64,000 nucleotides of DNA from the NCBI GenBank assembly GCA_964016885.1, contig OZ024743.1, forward strand, positions 301,940,001 through 302,004,000, in the 5' to 3' direction. Origin of the DNA: Eledone cirrhosa. Taxonomy: Eukaryota. Numbering within the stretch: position 1 is the first letter of the stretch; every line of letters starts with the position of its first letter. A model generated the notes under the pieces. That model worked only from the letters and a program-made list of their open reading frames with translations. It made no database searches and had not been told where the DNA came from. The position numbers and the translations under genes are program-made. Below are positions 44,276 through 57,738 of this stretch, piece after piece.

Positions 44276-46832
44276 ACACACACACATATATGTGTGCGTG
44301 CACGGTGTATGTATGCGTGTGTATGTGTTTGGTAAACATATACATATTGCACATATCGTATTCTTGCAACATAATTATATATTGCAATATTTTAACTATA
44401 TTCGTGTAAATTCTACCCCATTGTAATGTTCTAATTATGTATTAAACCACGTATACACGAAAGAAAGTGGATACATTAACTCAAACTTTATTGGTCCTGA
44501 AAACATAAACTTACTATCACATTATATCTTACAAAATTGCTTTACGTTAATATGAGAAATTATTGACCATGCTGAAGGACATGAATCAGAACTAAAGAAG
44601 ATCCGTGAATTGTAAAAAAATATTCGGTGATATATCAATATCGTTTTCAGTCCTATGTCTATAACGTATACATATATATATTTGCTATGAATATAAAGTT
44701 AAAATATTTTCTTAACACATGTAATCATTACCCGAGAGAATGAACAATAAGATATATCTACTGACAAATGAGTATTTTCAGTAATATGGAATTTAATTTA
44801 CATGTATACGCGCAGTCGTATTGCCATCATTAAACATTAGAATGCTGTTTTAAAATACCATATATTAAAGGATTCAAAGAATATTTTCTTAACAAAATAT
44901 GACAGCACATGTACGTATACTTTAAGCATCAAGCATATAATATATTTAACAAATACACTATTTTAAAAAGTATTTTAAGTGTAAGAGTGTTTTTTGTTTT
45001 TTTTGTTATTACATTAGTTATGCAGGAGTGTATTCCCATGCTGTCTTATACATAGGTTCGATTGGATTCTCATTTGTCCTCGATGCAATACTGTTTGATG
45101 TACGTTTGTAGATCCCTATTCATGGCAAATCATCCTAAAACCGATTAATCAATTATTACGTAGTATGCATTGCATCCTCAATTTCTTTGTAAACGGAAGT
45201 ATGAAGTTGTGCTAGCATATGTGTTCCGATTACAGTGTCATATCATAACAGCATCATTTTTTGTTTCTTATTCGTGTAAGGACACGCGCATACACATACA
45301 TACACAGGTGTAATACTTCTCCCAGTGTATTGTATATATATTTATATAAATTCGTGCTAGATATTTCATTTTTAAAATTCATTTTAAAATGTTACATTAT
45401 GTTTTATTAATATCATTCGTTAAAATTAAAACAATAATTAGTATCTAAAATTCAACGTTTTCTCTCATACCAACTGAGGTACAGTCAGTAATGTATAATC
45501 TTTCAACTATTATAGTTCTGCTATTCTCAAAATAAGTTTCTTACCATAAATATCATCATTGGATCAAGTTATATTTATATATACATATCGATAACATATA
45601 GGAATCCTTCTATTTAACATATCAAGGTTGAAGCTCATGATGCATTTCTATGATTTGCATCGTGTTTATTAGATAGACATACGCTAAATGCAAAGGCATT
45701 GTCCTCAGGCTAAATTGAAATTGAAAATATATAGTTATACAGATTCGGTAAGTTACGCATTACAAAAACTTCATAAGATCCTGAATTTCACGTATTCAAT
45801 AATGCATCTCGCTCAACATATTTAGCCAATAAGTTAGATGCGATTTTCACTTATATAGAATGGCGCTGAAAAAGAATTAGTAATGTTAACATCATCAGGC
45901 ACATTTTTCTCAAGCTATATATAAGCCGTCCTTTTTGTTGTAATATATATTCAACCTTTATAGAAAGGTCTACTTAACTTTGTTCCCAACATCGATAATT
46001 ATTAACAGCATGATATGTCACCTTATCTACAGCCATTCATTTCCAAATTATATCGTCCAAGCATAGTGATTAACTCTTTAATAATATATTATTCTTAGAT
46101 CAATCACATATGTCAGTTCGTTCAATACGTAATTGTAATCATACATTTCGATTTATGAATTCTGGAATAATTTTGACAGCTGTTGTGATAGCATTGGGTA
46201 ACGCTTTTATTGGAATCATATAATCGACCACTTTTTTTTAGGTACCGGCCTACAGCCAAAGATAAAAATACGTATGAAAATTGATTCTGACTTGCAGATA
46301 TATTGCTTCATCGTTAGAATAATTTTACTCCTACTGTGATGATTATTGGGAAACATACAGTTTTGTACTTAGAAATATTAATATCACTTCATATTTCGCT
46401 GTCGTCAAATTTATTTTCTGTAATCGATTCATCGCTTGCCAATATTAAGATAAATAGATAACGAGGGGTAATACAGATAATTGACGTGGTTGAGGTTTGA
46501 ATATCCCTGATATCCATAAATGTTCTAGCAGAGGGAACCTGTAATATCTGAATGTAAATACAATGAGGCAGATTTGCAATTAAAATATTATACAGTAACT
46601 TCCTTTCAAACACATTCTAGCATTCATTCAGTCTACTTGTTTTCAAAGTTTGGAAATGGGGAGAGTCTTTCAACCTTAAAAATACATTATATTATGGCTC
46701 AATGCTTCTGAATTCAAATACAACAGATGCCTAATTTCGCGTTCATCATTCCTACTTCGAAAAATAATGTAGTTGTCTACGGCAGTACATGGCTTTCCTG
46801 TATTGTCGAGCGCTTTATATTATAACTGGAAA

Positions 46833-49800
46833 ATGGAATTCATTAAGATCTCTTCTTCTCTAAAGGACATACCTTTACCTAGGAATAAAGATTTTATTAA
46901 ACAATTAATAGAAAAATTAGATCTTTTATAAGAAGCATCAGATGGCGTGCTTTCCACTTCGATAAATCTCATCTAAATGAAAATGTCTCCGATCTGGATA
47001 AAATTTTCAAATCTAAAGAAAATCCACCCCCCAACAAACTATTAATGAATTTTGAAAATGATACCATATCTATCATCCAAAGCATCAAATTCAAAAACAA
47101 CTTCAAAGGCCAGGTTTACTTAAGAAATATTAAAAATAATATTGAAAACTTTGAGAAAACGGCGAAAATTCTAGTCAAATCTGACAAAACCAATAATCTT
47201 TACGGAATACAAAAGGACATATAGTATGATCTTATATTAAAGGAATTGAGGAAGAAATACAAAGTAGCAAATAAATACGACCTTGAAAAATTGAATACAG
47301 ATGCCTCTTATATAATGAACTAGGCATTGAAAATAGGACACAACCCTTCATGCCAAGGAAACTTAAGATTAATATGAAGGATCATAAAAGGAACTTCGAA
47401 ACTGATTTACCAGTCAGATTAATTGCACCATCTAAATCAGACCATGGCAGACTTAGCAAAAATATTCTAGACATAATAATTGTTTCTACTTTTGGCACAA
47501 GGCCAGCAATTACCCAGTACATTACTGGTACTTTATTTTATCGACCCCGTAAGAATGAAAGGCAAAGTTAACCTCGGCGGGATTTGAACTCAGAATGGAA
47601 AGGACCGTAACTCTATGCGTCAAAGCATGGCGTCTGACTCTCTACCGATACTGCCAATCCACAAGAATTTATCTCATTTAAAATTATGGAAAGGAACTAG
47701 TAAAGTATTCGATTGGTTTAAAGAAATTAAATATAACCATAATAATAAGTTTATTCAGTTGAATTTTGCTAACTATTACTCATCTATCACTCCTAATCTA
47801 CTGAATAAAGCACTAACTTGCGCATTTAAACATACAAACCTAACTAGCAATGAAATGCACATTATATTATCGGCACTGAAAACATTAATAGAATTTAATA
47901 ACCAACTCTGGACTAGAGCAGATAGAAATAATAATTTCGATATAACTATGGGATCATCCGATTCCACTCAGGTAACGGATCTTGTGGGCCTCTTTTTAAA
48001 TAATTCTCTACATAGGAAAATACCTGAGAATACCGGAGGTTTATATCGTGATGACATGTTTTTACTTATAGAAAATAATAACTGTGAACTAAATAGAAAA
48101 AGAAAACAAATTATACAATTTTTTAATTAGCTTAATCTAAAAGTAGAAATAGAGAATAACCATAAAATAGTTAACTTTCTAGATGTAACACTAAATCTTA
48201 ACATATGTCTTTATTATCCATTTCACAAACTAAATGAGAACTTAAACTACGTCAATTTTAACTCTAAACACCCCAGATCCGTTAAAAATACTATAGTGAA
48301 CTCTGTACAGGAACGAATTTCGAGAATTTCAGCTAATAAGAATATATTTGATGAAAAAGCAAATTATTACAACGAAGCGTTAGATAGAGCTGGGTATAGA
48401 AATAATATTAAATACATTGATAATAATAATAATAATAATATAACAACTAACCATAATCGTAACAATTTTAACTATGGTACCAATTTTAACAATAGAAAAC
48501 ATTACATTAATTTCGAAAGCGGAAAAAGAAATAGAACTAGGAACATATTATGGTTCGCTCCTCCTTTCTCATTAAATATTAAAACCCCTATTGCTGTACT
48601 ATTTTTAAAGCTCTTGACAAATGCTTCCCTAGAACACATAGATATAACTCAATTTTTAATAGACATACTATAAAATTAACTTATTCTTCCACCAATAATT
48701 TAGCGCAAAATATTAATAGAAGTAATAATAGAAATTGAAAACCTGAACAAAATACCACTAATAACCCAAGCAATATCCAATTTGATAAATGTAACTGTAG
48801 AAATAAATCTAACTGTCCGTTAAATAACAATTGCTTAGCTAAAATATAGTATATAATTGTAACGTAAAAACTAATCTAAATTCATTTAATTATGTGGGAT
48901 CCACTTCCGCAGAGTTTGAATCCCGCTTCGGTGATCATAGGAGTTCTTTTACGGATCCAGGCAGGGGGTCTTCAGCTTCTCTATCTAGCCTATTGTGGGA
49001 CCTCAGGCTGGGGAGCGTTGAATGTTCGTTGATTTGGAGTTTTGTTTCGGGAGCTGCTCCTGTTGACTCCTCTTCGGGGAGTTGTGATCTTTGTGTAGAG
49101 GAGGTGTTATTTATGTTGGGCACCAAAAATTCCCTGAACTTGGGAAATAATTTGCTCGGTTGCTGTTGACATGGATTGAACTCAGCGTTTGAGTATAAAT
49201 ATAAACTTAAGGAGTAATATATGATTGGTTGATTAATGTTATTGATATATTGGGCCTGTTGGTGGATCGTTGGACTCCTTCATCGTTTTTGACTGATTAT
49301 ACACTCAAGTAAAGATAGCTTTTCTTCCTAGGTATAAATAAATGTAGTGAACTATTCTGGAGAAATGTACTGAGAGCTCTTGAGGGGAGAAAATATTTCT
49401 TATATTTTTATTTTTTTAATTTTTTATTGTTTGTTAGCTTCTCCTATTTTCGAAAGTTTATCCTTTCAAAGTTTCTGTTTATTTCTCTTATCGAGGTAGA
49501 ATTGGGTTGGGTATACGTAGAAAATGTCTGTACTGAATCTGTGGAACATACTACTATTTTGGGGTTGTGGCTTGGAATATTCTGTGGTATTTTAAAGTTG
49601 TATTGTTTTTAAGGATATATATTTCCGGTTCGTAATATGGTTCTTTTGTATTTTGTGTACTCAATTGTGCTATGCACTGTGTTTATATATATATATATAT
49701 CTATGTGTGGGTATATATGTGTGTGTTGACGTGCATGTGCATATGTTTTATTCGTGTGTGTCTATCTGTGTATGTATATGCGTGATGCGTATCGGCCTAT

Positions 49801-50845
49801 TTGTGAGGGTACATGTGTGCGGTAATTGTGTATGTACATGTGCGTGTATATCCATACAATTCGATTGCACTTATGTATATTGATTGTCCCGGGATTCGTG
49901 GCGGATGGACATATAGTAGCGGCCATGAATAAATAACAGGTAATCTTATAAAACTTATATAAAAAAGGTTTTATTTAATGGCATATATTGTGTATAACAT
50001 GGGACTTCCTTTGGTGTAACATTTTATAAGATTCCTGTATCTTAAATTAAATTAAAGAATCCTTTATGTTTTATGTGTATGTATTGTATGCGTGGTTAGG
50101 TATGTATATGTATTTTTATAAGTATTTTTATAAGTGTGTATATATATTTATATGTATGTATTTTTGCGTGTGTATACGTGTTATATAATATATAGATCTT
50201 TAATAATATATGGATTTCTTGATATATAGATCCCAGTTTTTATTATATTGATCTCAATATTTGACTGATTGACTGGACATCTGGTCATAGTTGGACAATG
50301 GTTGAATTTCTCATGGTGTATATGTATATTCCATTCATGATTATTAACATTTCTAATTTTATTTATTCATTTCATCTCGATTGTTAAGTTAGCTCAACAA
50401 GATATGACTTGAAGTTTTTCGTTTTCTCTCCTTTTTCTCTGTCTCATCTCTCTCGCTCTATCTTTCTCTCTCTGTTGTTCTGCTTATTTCTCTTTCTCTG
50501 TGGCCCAACGGCTTATTTTGAAAATATCCAATACTAATAATATAATTAAAGCTACATCCCCACTATCCGGGAGCTTCCAGCGGTAATGGTTGCATTATTT
50601 AAGGCTATGTCAGTATTTATTTATAAAACTGATCTATATTATATTATTTTTGAGGAAAACACACCATAATTTAACATGGTGTCCTTGAAATATGTATAAT
50701 GAAATAAATATGGTTTTATAAATATAATTTCCATTTGTTAATATCGTATTTTTACTCCAAATATTTGTTGAGTGCTTTATATCAGTTATAAAAATATGTG
50801 CTTGTTGTATCTCAACAACTTAAATATAACTTTTACATATAAGTA
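46833..50845 (+). mobile_element. Near full-length Penelope-like element (ORF 46833-49217 disrupted; long 3' region; degenerate family-D HHR at about 50643-50708)
   Basis: MEFIKISSSLKDIPLP start, KSDKTNNLY, VRLIAPSKSD, FDITMGSSDS, GGLYRDD, NFLDVTL, WFAPPF, CNC..CPLNNNCL, IVY...YVGST. Confidence 0.92.
47478..47660 (-). mobile_element. SINE inserted into the PLE RT ORF
   Basis: Same sequence family as 39380-40315; it interrupts the RT between SKNILD and LKLWK. Confidence 0.85.
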
Positions 50846-51049
50846 TATATATATATATATGAAAACAGGGAGAAAGAGACGATTATGAGGAAGAAAAACA
50901 ATTTTTTTTTTCCTTTTGTGTTTCTCTGTCTCCTTCTTCTGGGTTAGAAAATGATTAAAACGAAATGTTTTGTTTTGTGTGAAGTCATAAGGTATTAGTT
51001 GATTTATTTATTGTTTATCAATGGCATTTATTTAACTATTTATATATCG

Positions 51050-51464
51050 TCTCTTTCTCCCTGTTTTCATATATATGTATATATATATATATATCCTAAC
51101 TTGTGTGCTTCCTCTCCACATTTTATTATTATATATATATATATAGTTATGTAATAAAGAACATAATATCAATATTTCATTCACCACTGGTTTCTTGAAA
51201 GCAAACAAATTTGCTTTCACTCATCAGAATGAAAAAAATGCTGGTGTATTTATTGACAGTGGTTTTTAAAATCGACTGTCAATAGATAGACCAGGATTTT
51301 TTCATTCTGATGACTGAAAGTACATTTTGTTTGCTTTCAAGAAACAACTGGTAAATGAAATAATTATCTTCTGTTGTTAATTACATAATTATTAAACTCG
51401 GTACCCTACATGGAGCACTCTTTTCTCCTGGACCTTTCCTGCGGAATTACTTCATTCACACACA

Positions 51465-51465
<1 letters not shown>
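51050..51465. mobile_element. Short fold-back module with two diverging CTGATGA-NN-GAAA motifs
   Basis: About 51140-51240 is inverted relative to about 51297-51390; hammerhead-like core lacking stem II, stem I unclear. Confidence 0.55.
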
Positions 51466-51526
<61 letters not shown>

Positions 51527-51964
51527 GGTGTGTGTTTGATTGTGTATAGAAGATTATATTAATAAAAGGAATTCCAGCTTTGTCTGATTTCCTCGTTATA
51601 ATTACAATCCTTGAAAATTATAATGATATTATAATGAAATAGTATGGTAGAATCTTTAATGTTCAGTGTTAATTGAACAAGTGCTCTCATGCTTTCGCAA
51701 TCTTCAGGTTCCTATTCAGTGGTGACAGTCAAGTTTGCAATTTTCAACAGTTTAAAATTGCAAACTTGACTGTCGCCACTGCATATGAACCTCAATATTG
51801 CGAAAGCATGAAAGAACTTGTTCGTTTCATTCTATTCCAATTTATCGTTTTCGGTGCGCCTGGCCGACTGAACTCACTCGATATGCCAATTAGGCTGCTC
51901 AGCCGTTAATTTTCATAAGGAAAGTATATACTTTCGAACGTTCAACCATCTGGCAGAAGGGTAT

Positions 51965-52007
51965 ACGGTGCTGACGATAGCTAACAAGCTTGAAACTAGT
52001 ACATCGT
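51965..52007 (+). ncRNA. Minimal hammerhead ribozyme with palindromic stem III
   Basis: acggtg-CTGACGA-tagct aaca agctt-GAAA-CTAG-TA-catcgt; intact core. Confidence 0.88.
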
Positions 52008-52156
52008 TCCTGTGTCAGTGTTGAACAAAAATGTGACATGGTTGCCTTAACAGCGTACGGCATAAATCAGGATGTCCGTTTGTTTACAAACGGACAAAGC
52101 GAGCGTTATAATAAACGTTCGCTAAACTGATACGTACATATATATATATGTACCTG

Positions 52157-52235
<79 letters not shown>

Positions 52236-52345
52236 GATACTGTGCGTCTGTATACATATATGTATGTACGTATACATACATACTTATATATATATATATA
52301 TATACAATATTAAATAAATGGAAACTATATTTATAAGACCATATT

Positions 52346-52411
52346 TATTTCATTATATATATTTCAGGGATATCATATTAACAATATGCTATGCCTTCCT
52401 CAGACAAAATA
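52346..52411 (-). ncRNA. Hammerhead ribozyme family D (left arm)
   Basis: Reverse complement of 55883-55948. Confidence 0.82.
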
Positions 52412-55400
52412 CAATATAAACAGTTTTATAGATAAATAGATTCGACATACCGTAACAACATCGACTTGTATTTGAAAAGGTTGATTTGGTAGTGAAAAAA
52501 TTGTACACAGAGAGAAAGAAAGAGAGAAAAAAGGAAAGAAAGACAGAAAACGAAGAAAAAGAAGAAAAAGAAGAAATGCATGGAACAAAATAGAGAGATG
52601 GAAAGATAGATAAAGAGAAGAACTTCATGTAAAGAAACAGAAAGAGATATATATAGAGAGAGAGAGGAAATAGAGATAGATACATATATATAGAAAACTA
52701 GGTAGTGGGACGTCTGTTGAATAACGTATCAATGATACATTTATTTATTTATTTATTTATTTAGCTCTAGTATTAATGTAAGGGAGATTATTACCCCTAA
52801 TCTACTAAATAAGGCACTAAATTACGCATTCAAACATACTGACCTAACTAGCAATGAAATGCATATTATATTATCGGCTAGGAAAACTTTGATAGAATTT
52901 AATGACCAACTATGGACCAGAGCAGATAGAGATAGCAATTTTGACATTACTATGGGATCATCTGACTCAGCCCAGGTAACTGACCTTGTGGGCTTATTTT
53001 TAATCAATTCGCTACATAGGAAAATACCCGGTACTACCGGAGGTTTATATAGAGACGACATGCTTTTACTTATTGATAATAATAACTCTGAACTAAATAA
53101 AAAATGTAAACAAATTACACAATTTTTTAATTACTTTAATCTTAAAATAGAAATTGAGAACAACCATAGAATAGTCAATGTCCTAGATAGAACATTAAAT
53201 CTCAACCCATGTCTTCACTATCCTTTTCACAAGTTGAATGAAAACTTAAACTATGTAAACTTTAACTCTAACCACCCCAGATCTGTCAAAAACACTATAG
53301 TAAACTCTGATCAAAAACGTATCTCTAGGATCTCATCGAATAGAAAGATTTTCGACGAAAAAGCCCAATACTACAATGAAGCATTAGCTAGAGCAGGATA
53401 TGCTGATAAGATTGTGTACATAGATAATGATAGACAAACTAAACAAAGTAACAACTTTCTAAATTACGGCAACATCCTTAACAACTATAATAGAAAGCAT
53501 TACAATAATTCCAAAGGCCAAAAAAGAAATAGAACTAGGAACATAATTTGGTTTGCCCCCCCTTTCTGACTAAACATTAAAACCCACATCGCTAAACTAT
53601 TTTTTAAAGCTCTTGATAATTGCTCCGGAAAACATTCTCAATGTGGTATACAAATTTGAGCGTATTATTATTCTTGCGATTACTCTACAACATTATCTAT
53701 CAAGCAGAAATAGAGAGCAGATTTCAATATACTAATCGAAAATATATATTATATTATAAACAAAGATAACAATAATAATAATAATAAGTAAAATATACAA
53801 AAAATATAGAATAGAAAACTAAAAAAATATTACGAAAGAATATTACATAATAAAAATATTGCATATTAAAAATACTACGTATTAAAACATATTACGTATT
53901 AAAAATTTACATATAAAAATATTAAAAATAATTAAAAAATAAAAATATTATAGAATACTACAATACTAAAAGAATAAAAATAAAATATTAATAAAAAGAA
54001 AATATTAATAGAATAAATAATAGGAACTTAAAACCTACTGATAATAGCATAAATAATATACAAGTTAACAAATGTAACTGTAGAGATAGATCTAAATGTC
54101 CGTTAAATAACAACTGCTTAGTTAAAAATATAGTATACAATTGTAATGTTAATACTGACTCTAATTCTTTTAACTACGTCGGTTCCACATCGACGGAATT
54201 TAAACTTCGCTATAATAACCACAAGAATTCTTTCACAGATCCAAGCAAAAAATCTTCAACGGCACTATCAGGCGTACTATGGCAACTTAAGCTAGATAAC
54301 GTTAGATATTCGACGGCTTGGAATATAGTCTCAAGAGGGATTCCTTTTAATTCATCCTCTGAGACATGTGACCTCTGCGCAGAGGAGATATTCTTTATAC
54401 TAAAATCTAAAAATTCCCTTAAACTACGGACAAATTTATTCAGTTGTTGCAAACATAGATTAAACTCAACGTTTAAATATAAATTTAAATTTAAAATGTA
54501 GTATATTTAGTTTGATTTATAATTATATGGGAAACTAGCCGATAAATCTTTAATTCTCTTTTTATTCTTTTTATTTTTATTTTATTTTTATTTTTATTTA
54601 AACATTCTTCATGAAAAATTAAGCTACCCTAATAGTTGATGCTCCAAATATTTCGAATAAACGTTACACTAGATAAACTTCTATATTAAATATAAGAACA
54701 CATGTAGACCAAATTGGGCATCCTAAACTTTTTGAAATGATCTTTGCTAGATGCGATTTGATAGATAATTTTTGGCTTTATCTGTTTTTCGACTCTGATG
54801 TTTATAATGAACTTGGCAATATATTGTCAATTAATTTTGAAGGGTTGATCTTTGTGGTTTATTTTATTTGTATTATTGTAGTATTTCCTAATATTTTTAT
54901 TTTTAATATTTTTAATATGTAATATTTTTAATATGTAATATTCTTTCGTAATATTTTTTAGTTTTCTATTTTATTATTACTTATTATTATTATTGTTATT
55001 TTTAGTTTTGTTTCTGATATATTTTTATTTTTATTAGTATATTGATATCTGCTCTATTTTTGCTTGATACATAATCTTGTAGAGTAAAGACAGAAATAGT
55101 AATATTGACTCTATATATATTTGTGTGTATATATATACACATATATGTATACTTAAATGTTTATACCACATTGAGAATGTTTTCCGTGAACTTAGGGTTT
55201 GCAGAGTTGATCATGTAGATTCACATAGATGTTTGTAATTATCACATAAACATATGAATTTTTTTCAAAAAACTAAACATAAGATCATTAATTTTCACAC
55301 ATTGTGGATACATGTCTCATTCAGGAATACTGATATTTACAATGTAGTGGCTGGTTTTGTAAATACTAATACCTCTACATTAAAACAGAGTTTTTTACGC

Positions 55401-55882
55401 CTCGCCTGTGTCTGGTTATTTTTAAATTTTTTCTCTCTCTATATTTTTTCTCTCTCTATATTTTTTTTTCTCTCTCTATATAACAGCTGGTTTCTCTCCA
55501 TATATCTCCCTTACATTAATACTAGAGCTAAATAAATAAATAAATAAATAAATGTATCATTGATACGTTATTCAACAGACGTCCCACTACATAGTTTTCT
55601 ATATATATGTATCTATCTCTATTTCCTCTCTCTATATATATATATCTCTCTTTCTGTTTCTTTACATGAAGTTCTTCTCTTTATCTATCTTTCCCTCTCT
55701 CTATTTTGTTCCATGCATTTCTTCTTTTTCTTCTTTTTCTTCGTTTTCTGTCTTTGTTTCTTTTTTTCTCTCTTTCTTTCTCTCTGTGTACAATTTTTTC
55801 ACTACCAAATCAACCTTTTCAAATACAAGTCGATGTTGTTACGGTATGTCGAATCTATTTATCTATAAAACTGTTTATATTG

Positions 55883-55948
55883 TATTTTGTCTGAGGAAGG
55901 CATAGCATATTGTTAATATGATATCCCTGAAATATATATAATGAAATA
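55883..55948 (+). ncRNA. Hammerhead ribozyme family D (right arm)
   Basis: tattttgt-CTGAGGA-aggcatagcatat tgtta atatgatatccct-GAAA-TATATA-TA-atgaaata. Confidence 0.85.
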
Positions 55949-56075
55949 AATATGGTTTTATAAATATAGTTTCCATTTATTTAATATTGTAAATATACTC
56001 CAAATATTTGTCGAGTGCTTTTATATCAGTTATAAATATTTACTAGTTGTAACCCAACAATTTAAATATAACTTT

Positions 56076-56173
<98 letters not shown>

Positions 56174-56583
56174 ATACTTGGGGAGGGTCATATTTGTGTA
56201 ATAATATTGCCAGAATTAATAAGAGAACACACTCACTGTCTGTTTCGATTCTGTGTCCTTTATGGCGGTTAATTTATTTTATTCGGTCCTCAATGTTACC
56301 ATTGACTGACCAACGGTCAAATATACAGATACAGTATAGATACAAACACGTATATATAGTCTAACAAAGTTCTTTCCTTGCACATCTGCACCATCGTCAG
56401 TGGTGCTATTATGTTTCCTCCCGTTTCATTGTATGCCTACGCCACATTTATTTAGTCTGTTTATTCATTTATTTATTTATTTATTTATTTGTTTATTGTT
56501 TTGTCTTTTCTGCGCATGCGTTTGAGTGTGTGTAAAATGTTTTGTTTGATGTGTGCTCGTGTTTGGGTGACTGTGTTTGCTGT

Positions 56584-56619
<36 letters not shown>

Positions 56620-57376
56620 TATACACATATATATATATAACGGAGGGGTTTTGGTAAGCAACGAGATGAACCATAACGCACCAGAGTACTCAATACTTTA
56701 GTTCAGAATTAGCCGTCGAAACGGCCTGAGCTCTGCTCTCGGGGTCATACTTTCTCCCACATATATATACACACACATATATATATTTCTTTTGAGAGTG
56801 GGGGGGGGGGGGTTCTGGCATAAGCCCTTCTTCAGGAGTAAATACGTTAGGAAGAGAGTTCAGAGGGTGTGTAGAAATACATTTAGAAAAAAGGGGGAAG
56901 GATAACAATTAAAAATAAACATAAAATTAAACAATAAAATGGACAAGTGGTGGAGGGTGTGAGGCGTGTAAAGGTGGTGGCGGGTGGAATTGGGAGAGTG
57001 AGATGGGGGGGGGGTCAAAGCGAGGAAGGCTGATGGTGGTGTTTGTGTATGTGTGTAGGTGTACGCGAGTGTGTGTGCATGTGTATGTCAGAGTTTGAGG
57101 AAGAACGCGTTTCCGTGTTCAGGAAAAGGTGTGTGCGTGGGGTGCGGTGTAAGTTGGTGTGTGCGTGCCTGTGGAAGGAGAGGGGTAAGAGGGTGGGGGA
57201 GGTGGGTTTTTGGACTCCGGAGGTGGTGTATATGTGGGGGTACGCACGTGTGTGTTTGTGTTTATATGTAGTGTGTATGTGGGTGGCGTGGTGCGAAAAT
57301 AAGTGTGTGAGTGTATGTTTGTGGGTAAGTTCCTGAGGTAGTTCCGATATAAATAAATATATATATATATATATAT

Positions 57377-57738
57377 CAAGTAAGTATGTTTTGAAACAGT
57401 GAGCAGCTTTGAAATTAGAAAATAGAATAGCTCTCACCGTATTTTTGACCGAAGGAATTTTAGCCTGATAATGGGGTTTAGAACCCTCAGATAAATGGAA
57501 AAAAGATGAGTATTGACGTAAATAAGAGTCGAACCCACATCTATGGTTATCGCGACCACTGTGCTACCATTACACCAACACATCACCCATCTCTTTACAT
57601 TCAAATTAGAAGCTACATTCTTAGCGAGTTAAAATGGCAAGTAAGTATGTTTTGAAACAGTGAGCAGGTTTGAAATTAGAAAATAAAATGGCTTTCACTG
57701 TATGTTTGACTAAAGGAATTTTAGCCTGATAATGGGGT

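Larger units (their letters stand above)
52305..56058 (+). mobile_element. 5'-truncated Penelope-like element (sibling of the 46833 copy) with a ~480-bp inverted pLTR
   Basis: RT 52790-53625 (GGLYRDD), GIY-YIG 54070-54501; about 52305-52790 is inverted relative to about 55505-55990; a second inner inversion at about 53625-53900 vs 54890-55187. Confidence 0.92.

Noticed and set aside
54175-54501. G-to-A (APOBEC-like) mutation of this copy as the alternative explanation of the A/G asymmetry
   Set aside because: This copy keeps the family-typical FKxRYNNHKxSF motif and the same A-richness as the rest of both ORFs, so the G-rich copy is the derived one.
57525-57582. tRNA gene
   Set aside because: A and B boxes are present but there is no proper acceptor stem; treated as a SINE-type head.
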